Positions 1 to 14,609 are shown, counted from the stretch's first letter. The stretch is 64,000 nucleotides of DNA from Octopus sinensis (GCF_006345805.1 NC_043001.1:123566001-123630000); one strand, 5' to 3'. Translations and numbers: made by a program. Notes: generated by a model not told the origin, from the sequence alone.

Positions 1-46
<46 letters not shown>

Positions 47-128
47 CATCTATCTATCTATCTATCTATCTGTCTGTATGTCTGTATGTCTGTCTGTCTA
101 TCTATCTATATATATATATTTATATATC

Positions 129-159
<31 letters not shown>

Positions 160-300
160 CTATCTGTCTATCTATCTATCTATCTATCTATACTATCTAT
201 CTATATATATTATATATATATTTATATATCTATATCTACCTATCTATATATCTATGTATATATATATCATATATATATATTATATATGCACACACGCGCA
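1..300. repeat. (TCTA)n/(TA)n compound microsatellite
   Basis: Directly visible tandem TCTA, TCTG and TA units; explains ORFs 78..338 and 86..490. Confidence 0.97.
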
Positions 301-1188
301 CACACACCACTTATACACGCATATGTATACTTATCTAGATATATATATATATATAGTAAACAGTATAAAATTAAATACAGACATGGACAAGAACAAAAAC
401 ACCACAGAGACGACACAAGAACCACGGACGGGACATCTCGAAGCCCTCAGTCATCAGTCAAGACCAGATCATCTTAGCAATTTCGGCTGATATATATATT
501 ATATATATATATATATATATATGTACGTATACACACATATATCTGTGTTTGTCTTCATCCATGTATGATACACAGCCACCCACCTCCCACACACACATAT
601 GCATGTATGTATGATCTTCGATCGTATGTAACAACTTTGAATTTTACGTTCCCGTGAATATCAGCAATATGCTGGTATAAGTATGTTGCGCACTTTAATC
701 CGTGATGTGTTTATGATAACCTAATTTTGAAATGTTCCTTAGGCTATAGATATGCACGCAGCAATTCGATTTCCTGACCTATTCGCTATTACCTTTTTGC
801 TTGAAGCCATTCTCGCTTCATTTATGCCAGAAACATCGTATAAAACAGTATTGTTTTCGCCCCCATCTCTCCCATCACTAGTGTTTTACTATCTCTGAGC
901 TGTGTCTGTCTATTAGCATAAATATAACATTTGTGTTCTGGACATGAATTGTCTTAAATCTTTTTATATTTTATATTGTGTCATATGTCTCAATGACGTT
1001 CTCGCTATAATCCCGGACATGATCGAGTATGCTGAAGAAGTAAGCTTTGGAATAACGTGGTTCCGAGTTCGATTTCACTTAGAGGCAATTTCATCCCATT
1101 AATTTTTTTTTTTTGATTGTCACTGTTCACACGGTCAGCCAATGCCTTCTGAGTGCTGTTTGGTAACAGGGAGAATAGAATGGTCCGT

Positions 1189-1278
<90 letters not shown>

Positions 1279-1324
1279 GTGTGTGTGTGTGTGTGTGTGA
1301 TGTGTGTGTGTGTTTATACTTTTA

Positions 1325-1528
1325 TCCTTTACTTGTGACTGCGTCAATGCTGCAGCACCGCCTTAAGGGGGTTTTGTCGAAGAATTCGACCCCATAACTT
1401 ATTCTTTGCAGAAGTTTTTCTATCGGGCTCTCTTTGCCGAACTGCTAAGTTACAGGCACGTAAACACACCAACATCAGTTGTCAAGCGATGGTGGGAGGA
1501 CAAACAGACACACACACTCACAAATATA

Positions 1529-1564
<36 letters not shown>

Positions 1565-1737
1565 CATATATATATGACGGGCTTCTTTCAGTTTCCGTCT
1601 ACATAATTCACTCACAAGGCATTAATCGGCTTGAGGCTATCGTAGAAGACACTTGCACAAGGTGCCACGCAGTAAGAATGAATCTGGAACCATATGGTTG
1701 GGATGCAAGCTTCTTGCCACATAGCCCCGCCTGCGCC
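1325..1737 (-). mobile_element. tRNA-headed SINE, group B (internal TA/TG microsatellite)
   Basis: Reverse complement matches the + copy at 63471-63870: GTGGCTGTGTGGTAAG..GGTTC head, TTGGGCAAGTG, internal (TA)n(TG)n, tail GGCCGCAGTCAAATGACTGAAACAAGTAAAAG. Confidence 0.88.
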
Positions 1738-2749
1738 GTATGTGTGTGTGTGTGTGTACACAATATTCGCATGCTTCAGAATAAGGTTTTAGACAAGCAT
1801 AGAACGCACTATAAATCATTGTATGACAGCGAATCACAATTTCCTATATATTTAAATGCTTTCCAAAATAAGCATACACTTCATTAGATGGCTCCGACGC
1901 AGCTAAAAACTGTTGCACAAGCACTCAGATCTTAGTGCACTGCTTTTCATAGCAGAAACGCATGTAGGCTAATGAATTTGATTACTTAATTCTTGTTTCT
2001 TGCTCACTGAATAATACACATATATGCTTATATATTATGTATTATATATAGGCAATGTATATCTAGGATACATTAACTAATGATTATTTTTAATATTGTG
2101 TGATTTGAATGAGCATGTTTGCAAATTCTAACAGGACAAAAGATGACGTATATGCTCCTTTGCTGGTTAATATATGTTTCTAAATTAACGTAAAAGCTGA
2201 GGAATTTTTGGTTACCGTATGTAGCAGATCAAACAACCGCATTCATGGTCCCTTGTAGTCTGGTATAAGTAAAATGAATGTATATAATATGCACGTATAT
2301 AATTTCTATTTATTTTTAAATACATGTATGTATACACTGTGTGTATGTATATAAAATGTGTATATAATATATATATATATATATGTCAAGTGCGTCCATC
2401 TACCTAGCTATCTACCTACCTATCCATCCATCCATCTATCTACTGGGTAGTTATAACGGCGAATATATCTTTTGAACCAGAATCGCCTAAATTTTAGTAC
2501 CTGTTTGATTCGCTATATACTGAGCTACCAAACAACATTAACCTCCTAGTATCTAAAAATGGAACCAATGAAAGATGCTTTACGTGGTTGTTAGGTCCAC
2601 TAGAAATATCAGCCAAATCCTCTCGAATCCTAGCGTCATCAAAAGGGAAGAATAAATTTAATATATACACTCTCAGATATATTAAATCCTGAATACAAAA
2701 TACGAAATTATAGCATGGCCGCAGTCACATGACTGAAACAAGTAAAACC

Positions 2750-2783
<34 letters not shown>

Positions 2784-3334
2784 CATACATACATATGTTC
2801 ATACATAGATGTCTGTATGCCTGATCAATTAATGTTCATGTGATGCTAAACAACATCAACAACATACATGATGTGAATTCTTGTGCTTTTACAAGTTCTG
2901 AGTTCGAATCCAGCCGTGGTCAATTTTGCTCGACTCTCGTATCAGCAGCGGCATACAAGGCTGAATGTAATTGATTTTTGGTCATACAGGATATTATCAC
3001 TGAAAACCTTGAACTCACTTTAACCACATTCGTCAAGTAACTTCTCTCATAACCCATTATATCCCTTCAAATTAACGTATTACGTTTACTCCAAAACTCA
3101 TTTACTCCTATAACTTTACTTAGATATTAAGTACAGTAGACACCCGGCACTTGTGAGCGAATATGGTTTGGTAGCACGCACTGTGCTTTTGCTTATTGCT
3201 TGCTTTAGAGGTTTATGTGTGTGAAGACGTAGACGTTGTCTCGTTCCTCTCGTCCTTAAACTAGAGCAACATCCAGGAAGTACCAACTAAAGGAAGAGAG
3301 GGTAACATCATCACTAGGCTGGTACTAATTTTCA

Positions 3335-3465
3335 GTTGTGTACACTGGAACAACATGAAATGAAAAACATTGCTCAAGGATACAACATGTCACCCTGTTG
3401 CAGAATCGAACTCACGACATTATGCTCGCGAGCCCAACACTCTAATCACTTGATCACTCGCCTAC
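3335..3465 (-). mobile_element. old tRNA-derived SINE head fragment
   Basis: Minus strand GGCGAGTGATCAAGTGATTAGAG..GAGTTCGATTC (A/B-box-like) followed by GTATCCTTGAGCAA. Confidence 0.55.
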
Positions 3466-3878
3466 ACACATAGGTACTATAAGGTAAAGATATGGAGATT
3501 TTTGTTTTGTAATACTGGGAACTAAAAAAGTATGAAATTGTGAAATGACTGCAATTGAGAAAGAAAAGCATGTGATAGGATTATGCAAAAATACAGATTG
3601 GTCACTACTGGGAATTCTTTGCTCGTACGAGATCTGTTCAGTTAATCCTGAAGCAGGATTAACAATGACAACGATATTATATCATCTTAGTTCTTTGGGG
3701 ATCAAATTTCTTTGAGGCCATCTTTACCTTTTATCCTTCCAGGCACATGGAGGAATGGATTAAGTTGATTCCTTTCTCCTTACTAACTCTCAACAAAGGC
3801 GTTGGTGTACCGAATCAGTGAAACATAGGACAACGTCTATTATTTATTTAACCTTACGATGACTCAAAAACCGTTATT

Positions 3879-4109
3879 TATTTCTTTAATGCCGACAGGG
3901 GGCTAAACATAGAGGGGACAAATAAGAACAGACAAAAGATTAAGTCGATTACATCGACCCCAGTGCGTAACTGGTACTTATTTAATTGACCCCGAAAAGG
4001 ATCAAAGGTAAAGTCAACCTCGGCGGAATTTGGACTCAGAACGTAGCGGCAGACGAAATATCGCTAAGCATTTCGTCCGGCGTGCTAACGATTCTGTCAG
4101 CTCGCCGCC
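3879..4109 (-). mobile_element. tRNA-headed SINE, group A, full length
   Basis: Head GGCGGCGAGCTGACAGAATCGTTAGC, B-box-like GAGTCCAAATTCC, central CCTTT..TCCTTTTCGGGGTC..AAGTACCAGTTACGCACTGGGGTCGATGTAATCGAC, 3' end AAAGAAATA; many copies in the window. Confidence 0.9.
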
Positions 4110-4369
4110 TTATTAGTCTCAAGATGGTAGTGTGTTGTAGAAAGGGGAGAGACATGCCGACTAAACGCTTTATAGTAATCAGACATGTTCCTTTATGCAT
4201 CTCAAATACCAAACTTGTTGACCTGTACTGTTCATCCTTCCGAAACTTCAATGAAATAACTATCCAATTAATGGAAGACCAATCAATCGTGTGGAATCCC
4301 CACCCACTAAAATATGTTGCTTTATACTTATGGAATGATATCTCGTTGGGTTCAGCAGAGTGGACGGAA

Positions 4370-4748
4370 GCACTCCGTCGGTTACGACGATGAGGGTTCC
4401 GGTTGATCCGAATCAACGGAACAGCCTGCTCGTGAAATTAACGTGTAAGTGGCTGAGCACTCCACAGACACGTGCACCCTTAACGTAGTTCTCGGGGATA
4501 TTCAGCGTGACACAGAGTGACAAGGCCGGCCCTTTGAAATTCAGGTACAACAGAAACAGGAAGTAAGAGTGAGAGAAAGTTGTGGTGAAAGAGTACAGCA
4601 GGGATCACCACCATGCCCTGCCGGAGCCTCGTGGAGCTTTTAGGTGTTTTCGCTCAATAAACACTCACAACGCCCGGTCTGGGAATCGAAACCGCGATCC
4701 TACGACCGCGAGTCCGCTGCCCTAACCACTGGGCCATTGCGCCTCCAC
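4370..4748 (-). mobile_element. tRNA-headed SINE, group C, tail type 1
   Basis: Head GGAGGCGCAATGGCCCAGTGGTTAGGGCAGCGGACTCGCGGTCGTAGGATCGCGGTTTCGATTCCC with A and B boxes; tail ends CGTCGTAACCGACGGAGTGC; same tail at 59239-59423. Confidence 0.9.
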
Positions 4749-5849
4749 TGAGTAGTGGAGTGGAAGCAAGAGTACAATTTCTCGCTAAAAACAACTCCCG
4801 GTGTTTAATTGCGTCTCATTATATTCTATAATTCTAAAATGGTCTATTTTATTGTTCAACCATCTGCGGGCGATTCGATAACTACCAGTAATACACTGAG
4901 TCATTTTAATCGACTATTTTCTTTGGCTACCGATACGTGGTTGTGTACGTAAAGTAGATATAAAACCAATGACATATTTCAGGCTGTTTTGCAGCTGTCA
5001 ACAAAACTTTTGAGGAGGTTCAAACGCATTTGGCCCTCCCAAAACTGCATATCCGGAACTCATAAACATGTGTCTACAAAGATAATAATCGTAATCAAGT
5101 GCTTCACCATCTGTGCAATCATCTTTTGTTCTTCGTTTTATATAATGGTGATTTCATTTGACTAGATTCTATGTGAGAGTGGGTTATACTCAATTCAAGG
5201 AAAAGTAATCCTGAGCAGAATCTGTTCACAGGACATGGAAACACGGCACTAAATACTGAAAAGTATTTAGTTTAGTCTGACACTCCTCTATCTTTGTCGA
5301 ATGATAATGAGAACTTACATTGAAAAGAGAAGGGAGGGATTGGTGTATAAACATTTCTCTGGAGCATTTGTAGCGAAAACGAAATATTTCATCATTAATG
5401 ACATGATTTGACGGTAGTACTCACTTGAAAGGGCATAATTGTCACATCCTCGCAATGCTTACAATCAAATAATTACTTCAGTAAGTACGAAAATTTAGAA
5501 TGATTGCAGAGTTGCTACGTTCAAACTCTTTTTTCTATTTCAAAGATATGAATTTCGTAGTGAAGGATGCAAGACGCAATGCACAAAGCACAGATTGTTC
5601 TAGACGAGATTGTGCGATATCCATCAGTAACAGACGTAAAGTACCATCATTGAGAAATAGCATTGTTCTAACCAGGAATCGAAACTAGATCAGTTTATTT
5701 GAATCTTACTTGTATATTTATCACGCAAATATCGTGACGAATAAATGGTATTGTAAGTGAAAGGCGAATGCTTCTGTAGTGATTATATATTTTGTCAACG
5801 CAACCAAAGTAATAAATGATAATAATAATTGTTTACTAAAATACGCAGA

Positions 5850-6056
5850 AGGTATTATGTTTACTAATTCCGCCGGGGTCGACTTTGCCAATTCCGCCGA
5901 GGTCGACTTTGCCTTTTATCCTTTCGGGGTCGATAAATTAAGTACCAGTTATGCACTGGGGTTGATGTAATTGACTTAATACCTATGTCTGTCCTGATTT
6001 GTCCCCTCTATGTTTAGCCCTTTGTGGGTAATAAAGAAATAGGTATTATGTTTACT
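5850..6056 (+). mobile_element. 5'-truncated group A SINE with 16-bp target-site duplication
   Basis: AGGTATTATGTTTACT at 5850-5865 and 6041-6056 flanks the SINE body 5866-6040. Confidence 0.88.
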
Positions 6057-6469
6057 GGTGATAAGTCTTTTAAATCAATATCAGAAACATTATTTTATCG
6101 ACACCTCCAGAGGGAGGCTAAGCTGATATTTGCAAGATTTGAACTCGGAATATGATGAACCGGAAAATACCATTAGCATTTTGTCCGGTACAGTAATGAT
6201 TCAGTTACTTCACCTTTCTATTAATGGTTTTTGATTTAAGCTGAGGGCCAGCACTTTTTTATGGAAGGCTTTAATTGGTTACCTCGAATATAGTGCTACT
6301 AGGCTGGTGGTTTATTTTACAGACTCCTAAAGGTTGAAAAGCAAACCTGACCTCGGTAGAATCTGAACTTAGAATATAAAGGGCTGGAAGAAATACCAGT
6401 AATCATTTTCTGTCAATGCAGAATGGACAAAACAATTATAATATAGGGTTCCAAATTTTGGTACAAGAC

Positions 6470-7328
6470 CAGCAAGTTCAGGAAAGGATTTTAGTCGATT
6501 ACATCGACCCCAACTGGTACTTATTTTATCGAAAAGCAAAGTCGACCTCAGCGGAATTTGAACTTAGAACGTAAAGACGGTGAACTGCCGCTTAGCATTT
6601 TGCCCAGCATGGTAACAATCCAGCCAGCTACCAGCCTTAAACATTATATTAATGGTTTCAAATTTTGCCATAAAGGTAACCATTTGGGGGAAGGGGATGA
6701 GTCGATTACATCGACCCCAGTGCGTAACTGGTACTTATTTAATCGACAGCGAAAGTATGAAAGACAAAGTCGACCTCGGCGGAATTTGAACTCAGAACCT
6801 AGCGACTGGCTAAATACTGCTAAGCATTTCGTCCGGCTTGCTAACGATTCTACCAGCTCGCTGCCTTCTTCAACATAATAATAATATTAATAAAGTGAGT
6901 TCAAATTCCGCCGAGGTCCACTTTACCTTTCTTCCTTTCGGGATCGATAAAATAAGTTCCAGTTGAACCCTGAGGTCGAGGTAATCGACCTGCTTCCTCC
7001 CACGAAAGTTCTCGCCTTGTGCCAAAATTTGAAACCATAGTAACTAGGTGAGGAGGTTAGCAATCTGACAGAATCGTTAGTACGTCAGACAGAATACTTG
7101 GCAATTGTACGTTTGTCTTTACGTTCTGAGTTCAAATACCACTTTGCCGTTTATCCTTTCAGAATCAATAAAATTAGAACCAGTTGAGCACCGTGGCGAG
7201 ACTTAACTGAGGCGAGACTTAACTTTCATCGTTTCAGTCTTAGTGCAAAAAGTACGAGTCAACTACTGGAGATGATTTGATCGAATTTGTGGTTTTGTGC
7301 CAATGTTAGAATAATTAATAATAATAAC

Positions 7329-7404
<76 letters not shown>

Positions 7405-8200
7405 TAATAATAATAAGCCTTTCTACTATAAGCACAAGGCCTGAAATTTTTGGTGAGTTAGGGCAGTCAATTATATCAACCACAGTATTTGGCTGGTACT
7501 TATTTTATCGACCGCGAAAGGTTAAGTCGACCGCGACGGAATTTGAACCCAAAACGTAAAGATGGACGAAATACCTATTTCTTTATTAACCACAAGGGGC
7601 TAAACATAGAGGGGACAAACAAGGACAGACATAGGTATCAAGTCGATTACATCGACCCCAGTGCGTAACTGGTACTTAATTTATCGACCTCGAAAGGATG
7701 AAAGGTAAAGTCGACCTCGGCGGAATTTGAACCCAAAACGTAAAGATGGACGAAATACCTATTTCTTTATTAACCACAAGGGGCTAAACATAGAGGGGAC
7801 AAACAAGGACAGACATAGGTATCAAGTCGATTACATCGACCCCAGTGCGTAACTGGTACTTAATTTATCGACCTCGAAAGGATGAAAGGTAAAGTCGACC
7901 TCGGCGGAATTTGAACTCAGAACGTAACGGCAGACGAAATACGGCTACGCATTTCGCCCGGCGTGCTAACGATTCTGCCAGCTATCCGCCTTGCGCATGG
8001 TAAACTATATTTTGACACAAGTCCAACGATATCTGGGGAGGGGGTAAGTCGATTACATTGACCCCCCCCCCCAGTTATCCACTGGTACATATTCTATCGA
8101 CTCCAAAGGATGACAGGCAAAGTCGACCTTGGCGGAATTTGAACTCAGGACATAAACACGGACGAAATGCCGCTAAGCATACTGCCAGCACACCCCCTCC
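6470..8200. mobile_element. cluster of group A SINE copies in both orientations, including a 184-bp tandem duplication (7538-7905) and an (AAT)n tract (7315-7415)
   Basis: Repeated GTCGACCTCGGCGGAATTTGAACTCAGAACGT motif and its reverse complement. Confidence 0.88.
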
Positions 8201-8679
8201 AACGAGTAGTGAAGTATATCAAGATATAGAATTTATATTGTGCAAACGTTATCTGACATAGGATTTGATGCGTTCGATGGGGTGGATTGCTACGTTTATC
8301 ATATTGAAAGTTGATAAACAATCTACCCTCAGTTTCGCCCTTGGCTGAGTCGTTCAGCATTGTAGTGAAACTCCGAGTAGCCAAGGGTAATACTCAGAGC
8401 AGACAAATAACCTTTGATATAATACAATATTATAATATTATATTATATTAGTGGTATTTATATATGTGCATATATATATATCTGTATATATTATATACAT
8501 ATATATATATATGTACATATATATACAGACACACATGCATATAAATACACTTGCATATTACGAATATTTATATATATGTGTGTAATACGTATATATTTGT
8601 AGATACGAAGTGCTAGTAACACCCGAGATCAGTGATAATAATGATATTTCACTGAGCCTACAAGCCTCTACATGGCCGC

Positions 8680-9410
8680 TCGACATGCTAGAAGTAGCAG
8701 CTGAATCTCCCTTCTGAGACAACACCCTACAGCGCATAGGCAACAACAATAACAGTATCAGCGTCAGCATTGGCATCACAATCAAGACTATTATTTGAGA
8801 CAGCTTCTACATGTTCTCTTCAATATCCTAGAAACAACTGCTAAATGTCCCTATAACCACGCCCTAACGCTTCAGCTCAATGAAGGCTGAACTGATGTCA
8901 GGCAACAGCGTTAACACCAACCACAACATCTTCATCACCGTCATCTCTGCTATTAGCGAAATACTCTATGTGGTCATCTAACATGTTAGAAATAGCAGCT
9001 AAATCTCCCTCAAATCACACCTCGCTATCTTATAAAAAGAAATGACACATTGGACCATGTTGTCTAGAAATACAGCAATGATTGGATAGTCACAGCTGCA
9101 AAACATTTGATCATAAATATGTCCGATGAGGAATAACTTGGGGTTAAACTACAACAATCACACCAACACTACCATTTATAGTACACATAAGGTAGACCGG
9201 GCTAACGAGGGTTCTTCTACAGGGTTGTTCGGCCTGCTAGAAATAGCAGCCAAATTTCCCTAAAACAACGCGCCGCCATCTTAGGAAAGGGCACATTGAA
9301 CAATATTGAACATCCCACCATCTCTCATAGTACATAGGTCGGATGGTCACGGTTAGAATGTCTTTTATTATGAGTCAGCTCCATGAGGAAGGTGCTGGGA
9401 TTAAAGAAGA
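8680..9410. repeat. fragments of an unclassified interspersed repeat (CTAGAAATAGCAGCCAAATCTCCC family)
   Basis: The same motif recurs near 2600, 8690, 8990, 9240, 24600 and 25030. Confidence 0.6.
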
Positions 9411-9984
9411 ACAAGGGCAACAAGCTGATGTAGTCGCGGGTTACTGCTTCTCAGCGAGGGACGAGAATGTACGGTCATAGCTAGAACGGTTTTCGTTATA
9501 CGTTGGCTCAGTTAAGGTTAACTTCAGGTAAAATAACAACGACGTCAACAACAACAACAGCAACCACAGCAACAATGAGAACAGTCACAGCAGCGTATCA
9601 ACCACAAACAATTGACAAAACACTCCTGACTTAGAAGGGTAAGAGAGAAATTAAGTTACGTGTCTTAAAAAAAAAGAATAGGTCGAATTCTGTCTGATCT
9701 GGAACATTTTACATAAGAAAATACATCAAAGGAACAAAAATTCGGGGCTGATTTACTAATTTTTGAAGTGCATAGTGCAAAAAGGGTCGTAGTTACGGAG
9801 ACATTTCCGGTATTAACCACCCGCCCCGGAAGGAAGAAGTGGACAATCATGAGATGTGAACTTATAACTGCGGACAGTGGATAATGATTTGCTTCAACGT
9901 GATTACTCCGAGCCACTCCTCTGCAGTTAATTACGATTGTTTTCTACCGGTTTTCTTCTGCGACGACACCAACACCGACATGAA

Positions 9985-10149
9985 TAATGAATGTGATTAC
10001 GTGTGTGTGAGTGTGTGTAAGTGTATGAGTGTGTGTTTGTGTGTATGTGTGTATATATATATATATATATATGTGTGACTGTGTATATATTTATATGTTT
10101 ATATACATATGTATGTGTGTATATATATATACATGTATATATGTGCATG

Positions 10150-10193
<44 letters not shown>

Positions 10194-11229
10194 TATATTC
10201 ATGTATATAGATGCATGTGTGTATATATATATATCTACCTATCTGGTAGTTATAACGCTATTAGTCAATAATAAAGTAATCGGAGGAACAATGCCGCGAG
10301 TGAATATTTTAATCATCATTCACATACATACACACCTACATAAATACATACATACATACATACATGCATACATACATACTTGCATGCACATACACACACA
10401 CACTCACACACATATATATGTATGTATACACACATATGTACATGCATGTATATATAATCTATATGCTATTTATGTATTCATATTTACATTATGCTGTTTG
10501 TAATATTTGGTACGCAGGCATATATACGTGTGTGTGTGTGTGTGTGTGTGTGCGTGTCTGTCTGTCTGTCTATATGCATTGTATATACATTGCATATACA
10601 TTCTCAATACATTATATCACACACACACACACATACACATACACACATATGTATACACTTTATTAATCTGTTACATATGTATAGGTATATGTTCATTAAC
10701 GATGGTAACTAGGAAACCACCTGTGAGGTTTTTATTTAGTAAACCTTGTAAAATGCATTACGTACAAAATCACAATACGATTCATGGCATGTTTAATAGA
10801 CACATACAGACACATACACACACACACAAAATTTATATGGTTATATATAAGGAACATTATTTTTTTTTTCCTTCATAAACATAATATTAAAACCACGAGT
10901 GTGTTCCATGTTCCAGTTTTAAATTTTTCTCCGTCAAGATTTCTCCACACGTCCCCGAGTAATCCTTTAAGCATTATCTCTGAAACGATAATAAGGTTTC
11001 TAAATCCATTTATGACTGAAGTCCTTGATGGCCTCATCCGCCCCCCCCTACCGTGGATGGCTGAATGAATGAATGAAATAATGATGGGAGCGTGTACTTA
11101 CTACGTTTTATAGAAGGGCGACGAGAAATTTCATGCAAAGCTAATCGACTTGGAGAATATATTGCTATAATAAACTAAACATTAAGAATTGATACGGAAA
11201 TATGAAAGACAAAAACATCTTCGTACAAC

Positions 11230-11271
<42 letters not shown>

Positions 11272-11323
11272 ATCCATCCGTTCACCCAACGATCTTATCC
11301 ACCAATTCAATCCATCTATATAT

Positions 11324-11354
<31 letters not shown>

Positions 11355-11501
11355 CATATTATATATACATATATACATACATATATATACATACATACAT
11401 ATATTTGCGTTTACAAATGTATGTATATGTATACATGCATATATATATATATGTATGAAAATGTACGTATATATATATATATATATATGTATGAAAATGT
11501 A

Positions 11502-11552
<51 letters not shown>

Positions 11553-12290
11553 TATATATTATATAATATATATATATATATATATTTATAAATAACATAC
11601 ATTTGTATACATATATCTATATGTATATATAATTGTTATATATTCGCATGTGTTTGTATATATATAGATACATTTTTTAAATATGTACGAACATATATAT
11701 ATATATATATTAATATATATATATATATCGGTATTTATATTGTTATCTACTTACCTAATGCTGATGAAATGGAACTAGATTTATCCACCAAAACTGCCGT
11801 TCGAACATAACCAAGGAAGAAACAAGCTAAAAACAGTCCCCAGCAGGGTAAAATCAACTTTCTCTCAGCCATCCTTTAAGCTCGAATGCTGTCTGTTCAC
11901 ACAACACACTCGATGTTTCTCACAATGAAAATATATGTATCGGTATATAGGTATATATATATATATACATATATATATGTATGTATATGTATATATATAT
12001 ACACACACACACAGATAGATATAACTACATAGAAATGTATATGTATGTTTGCATGTACATATATGTGTGTATGTGTGTGCGTGTATTTATATTTAATTCT
12101 ACGTGTGTATGTCTATATTTATATATATATATATATATATGTGTGTATATTGATAGATAATTATGTGTTATTAAATAATACAATTAATTGCGTATAGTGC
12201 GATGGTGTGTGCGTATATGTGTGTGGATATGCGTGTGATGACTGTGTACATGTATGTATAAATATGTATATATATATATATGGTCGTGTG
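9985..12290. repeat. TA/TG/ATAC microsatellite-rich block, interrupted by unique sequence at about 10700-11220
   Basis: Directly visible. Confidence 0.9.
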
Positions 12291-12556
12291 ATGTATTTTG
12301 TTGGTGTGGTCGTGGTCGTGGTCGTGGTGGTTGTTGATGTGGTAGTGGTGTAGGTTGTAGTGGTTGTGGTGCTGGTGGTGGTTTATGTGGTTGTGGTGGT
12401 GGTGGTGGTGGTGGTAGTGATAAGCAGCTCTATGTAGTAGTTATTGTTTTAATAATAAGCGTTAGTTTCGTGTTGTAGCCGTATTGTTAAAACAAGAAGT
12501 GAGATCACAGCTGCTCTCACTGCTACTATTGTAGCCTCTGCTGTCTCCACTCTTAT

Positions 12557-12587
<31 letters not shown>

Positions 12588-12625
12588 ACTGCTGCTGCTG
12601 TTGTTGTTGCTGCTGTTGCAGCCGC

Positions 12626-12665
<40 letters not shown>

Positions 12666-13084
12666 CGCTTGCACTTGTTGTTGATAATAATGATAATAAT
12701 GATAATAATGATAACGACATCAACGACGATGATGATAATAATGATGATGACGATCACGACCACGACAACGACGATGACGACAATGACGACAATGGTGATG
12801 ATGATGATGATGACGATGATGACGATGATGATGATGATAACGAGGATGGGCGGGGGGATGGGGGAGAGCGATGATAATTAGGAATGAATGATAAATTAGT
12901 AATGATTACGATGGCCGCGGTGGCGATATTTCCCCCCAACGACGACCACGACCACGACGACCACGACGATAATAATGCTGATGATGAAAATGATAATGTT
13001 GATGACGATGATGATGATGATGATGATGATGAAGATCACGATGAAGGTGATGATGCTTATGATTATGATGATGACGAGTGTGCG

Positions 13085-13123
<39 letters not shown>

Positions 13124-13277
13124 ATGTGTGTGTGTGTATGTGTGTGTGTGTGTATTTACGAAAGCCGATAATTACAGCTTTAGTTGTTGTTGTTGTTGTT
13201 ACTGTTGTTATAGCTTTTATTGTTGATTTTTTTTTACTTCCTGTTTTTGTTATTTTTACAAAAATATTTACTTGCTT

Positions 13278-13310
<33 letters not shown>

Positions 13311-13793
13311 ACACTATCTCTCACATACACTTCCTCCATCTTTCTTTCTCTTCTCTCTTTTTTTCCTTCCTTTCTTCCATCTTTCGTTTTCCTTCCTTCC
13401 TGCCTTCCTTTCTCTCTTCCTCGTTTTCTTTCTTTCTTCCTTGTTTTCTCTCTTCCTTGTTATCTTTCTTTCTTTCTTTCTTTCTTCTTTCTTTCTTTCA
13501 TTCTTTCTTGCTTTTGTCTCCTCTTCCTTCTCCTCACCTTCCCCACCTACACTACCAATACAACTACTACTACTACTACTACTACCACTGAATTGATCTT
13601 GCTGTTGTTGCAGCTGCTGCTGCTGCTGTTATCACGACTGTTGCTGCTGTCACTACTACTACTACAACTACCACCACCACCACCACACCACCACCACCAC
13701 CACCACCACCGCCACCACCACCACCACCACCACAACAACAACTACTACTACTACTACTACTACCAAATACACCACCACCACCACACCACCACC

Positions 13794-13835
<42 letters not shown>

Positions 13836-14154
13836 GCTGCTGCTGCTACTGCTGCTGCTGCTACTACTAGCAAAACCACCACCACCACCACCACCGCCAC
13901 CACTACCGCCGCCGAACCCACCAGCGCCGTTGGTGCAGCTATTACTGCTGATGGTGCTAGTGTTGCTTCTGCTTCAACTGCTCCTACTAGTGCTGCTGCA
14001 GCTGCTGCTGTTGCGATTGCTGTCGTTCTCGCTGTCGCAACGACTGCTGATACATTCAATACTCTTGCTGCTGCTGTTGCGATTGCTATCATCATTATTG
14101 ATGTTGTTACTGCTGTAGTCGACGATAACGGTGATGATGAGGACGATAATGATA

Positions 14155-14188
<34 letters not shown>

Positions 14189-14609
14189 CGTTACTCCCAC
14201 AGTTATCCTCCCCTCCTCCTCCTCCTCCTCCTCCTCCCTCATCAGTCAGTGTCTTTGCTGCTGTCGGTGATGATGTTGATGTTGATGATGATGATGCTGA
14301 TGATGATGCTGCTGATTACGCTTGATGATGCTAATTACGCTAATGGTGATGGTGCTGGTGGTGATGGTTATCTTAACACCCCTGGTAACATCCGCTATTA
14401 GTACGGTTGCTGCTGTTGTTGTTATTGCTGCTGCTGTTTATTGCTACAACTGTTGCTGTTGTTGCTGGTGTGGTTGCTGATGCTGATGCTGATGCTGATG
14501 CTGCTGGTGCTAGTTGTCACTCGAATAATGCTGCTGTATCTAGTTATACTTCTGCTACACACTGCTGCTACAGATGATAATGACGTGGTGGTGGTGGTGG
14601 TGGTGGTAC

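Noticed and set aside
3986-4416. ORFs of the MTPKRIKGKVNLGG / RPRKDERQSRPRRNLNSE type (also 6558, 16416, 32581)
   Set aside because: Recurrent translations of SINE A
4670-4748. tRNA-like sequences here and in other SINE heads as tRNA genes
   Set aside because: They continue into SINE bodies, have imperfect cloverleaves and occur in many diverged copies
13272-14270. 332-aa ORF and the other long ORFs at 12.4-15.7 kb
   Set aside because: Translations of microsatellites; several frames on both strands are open and there is no domain or splice structure
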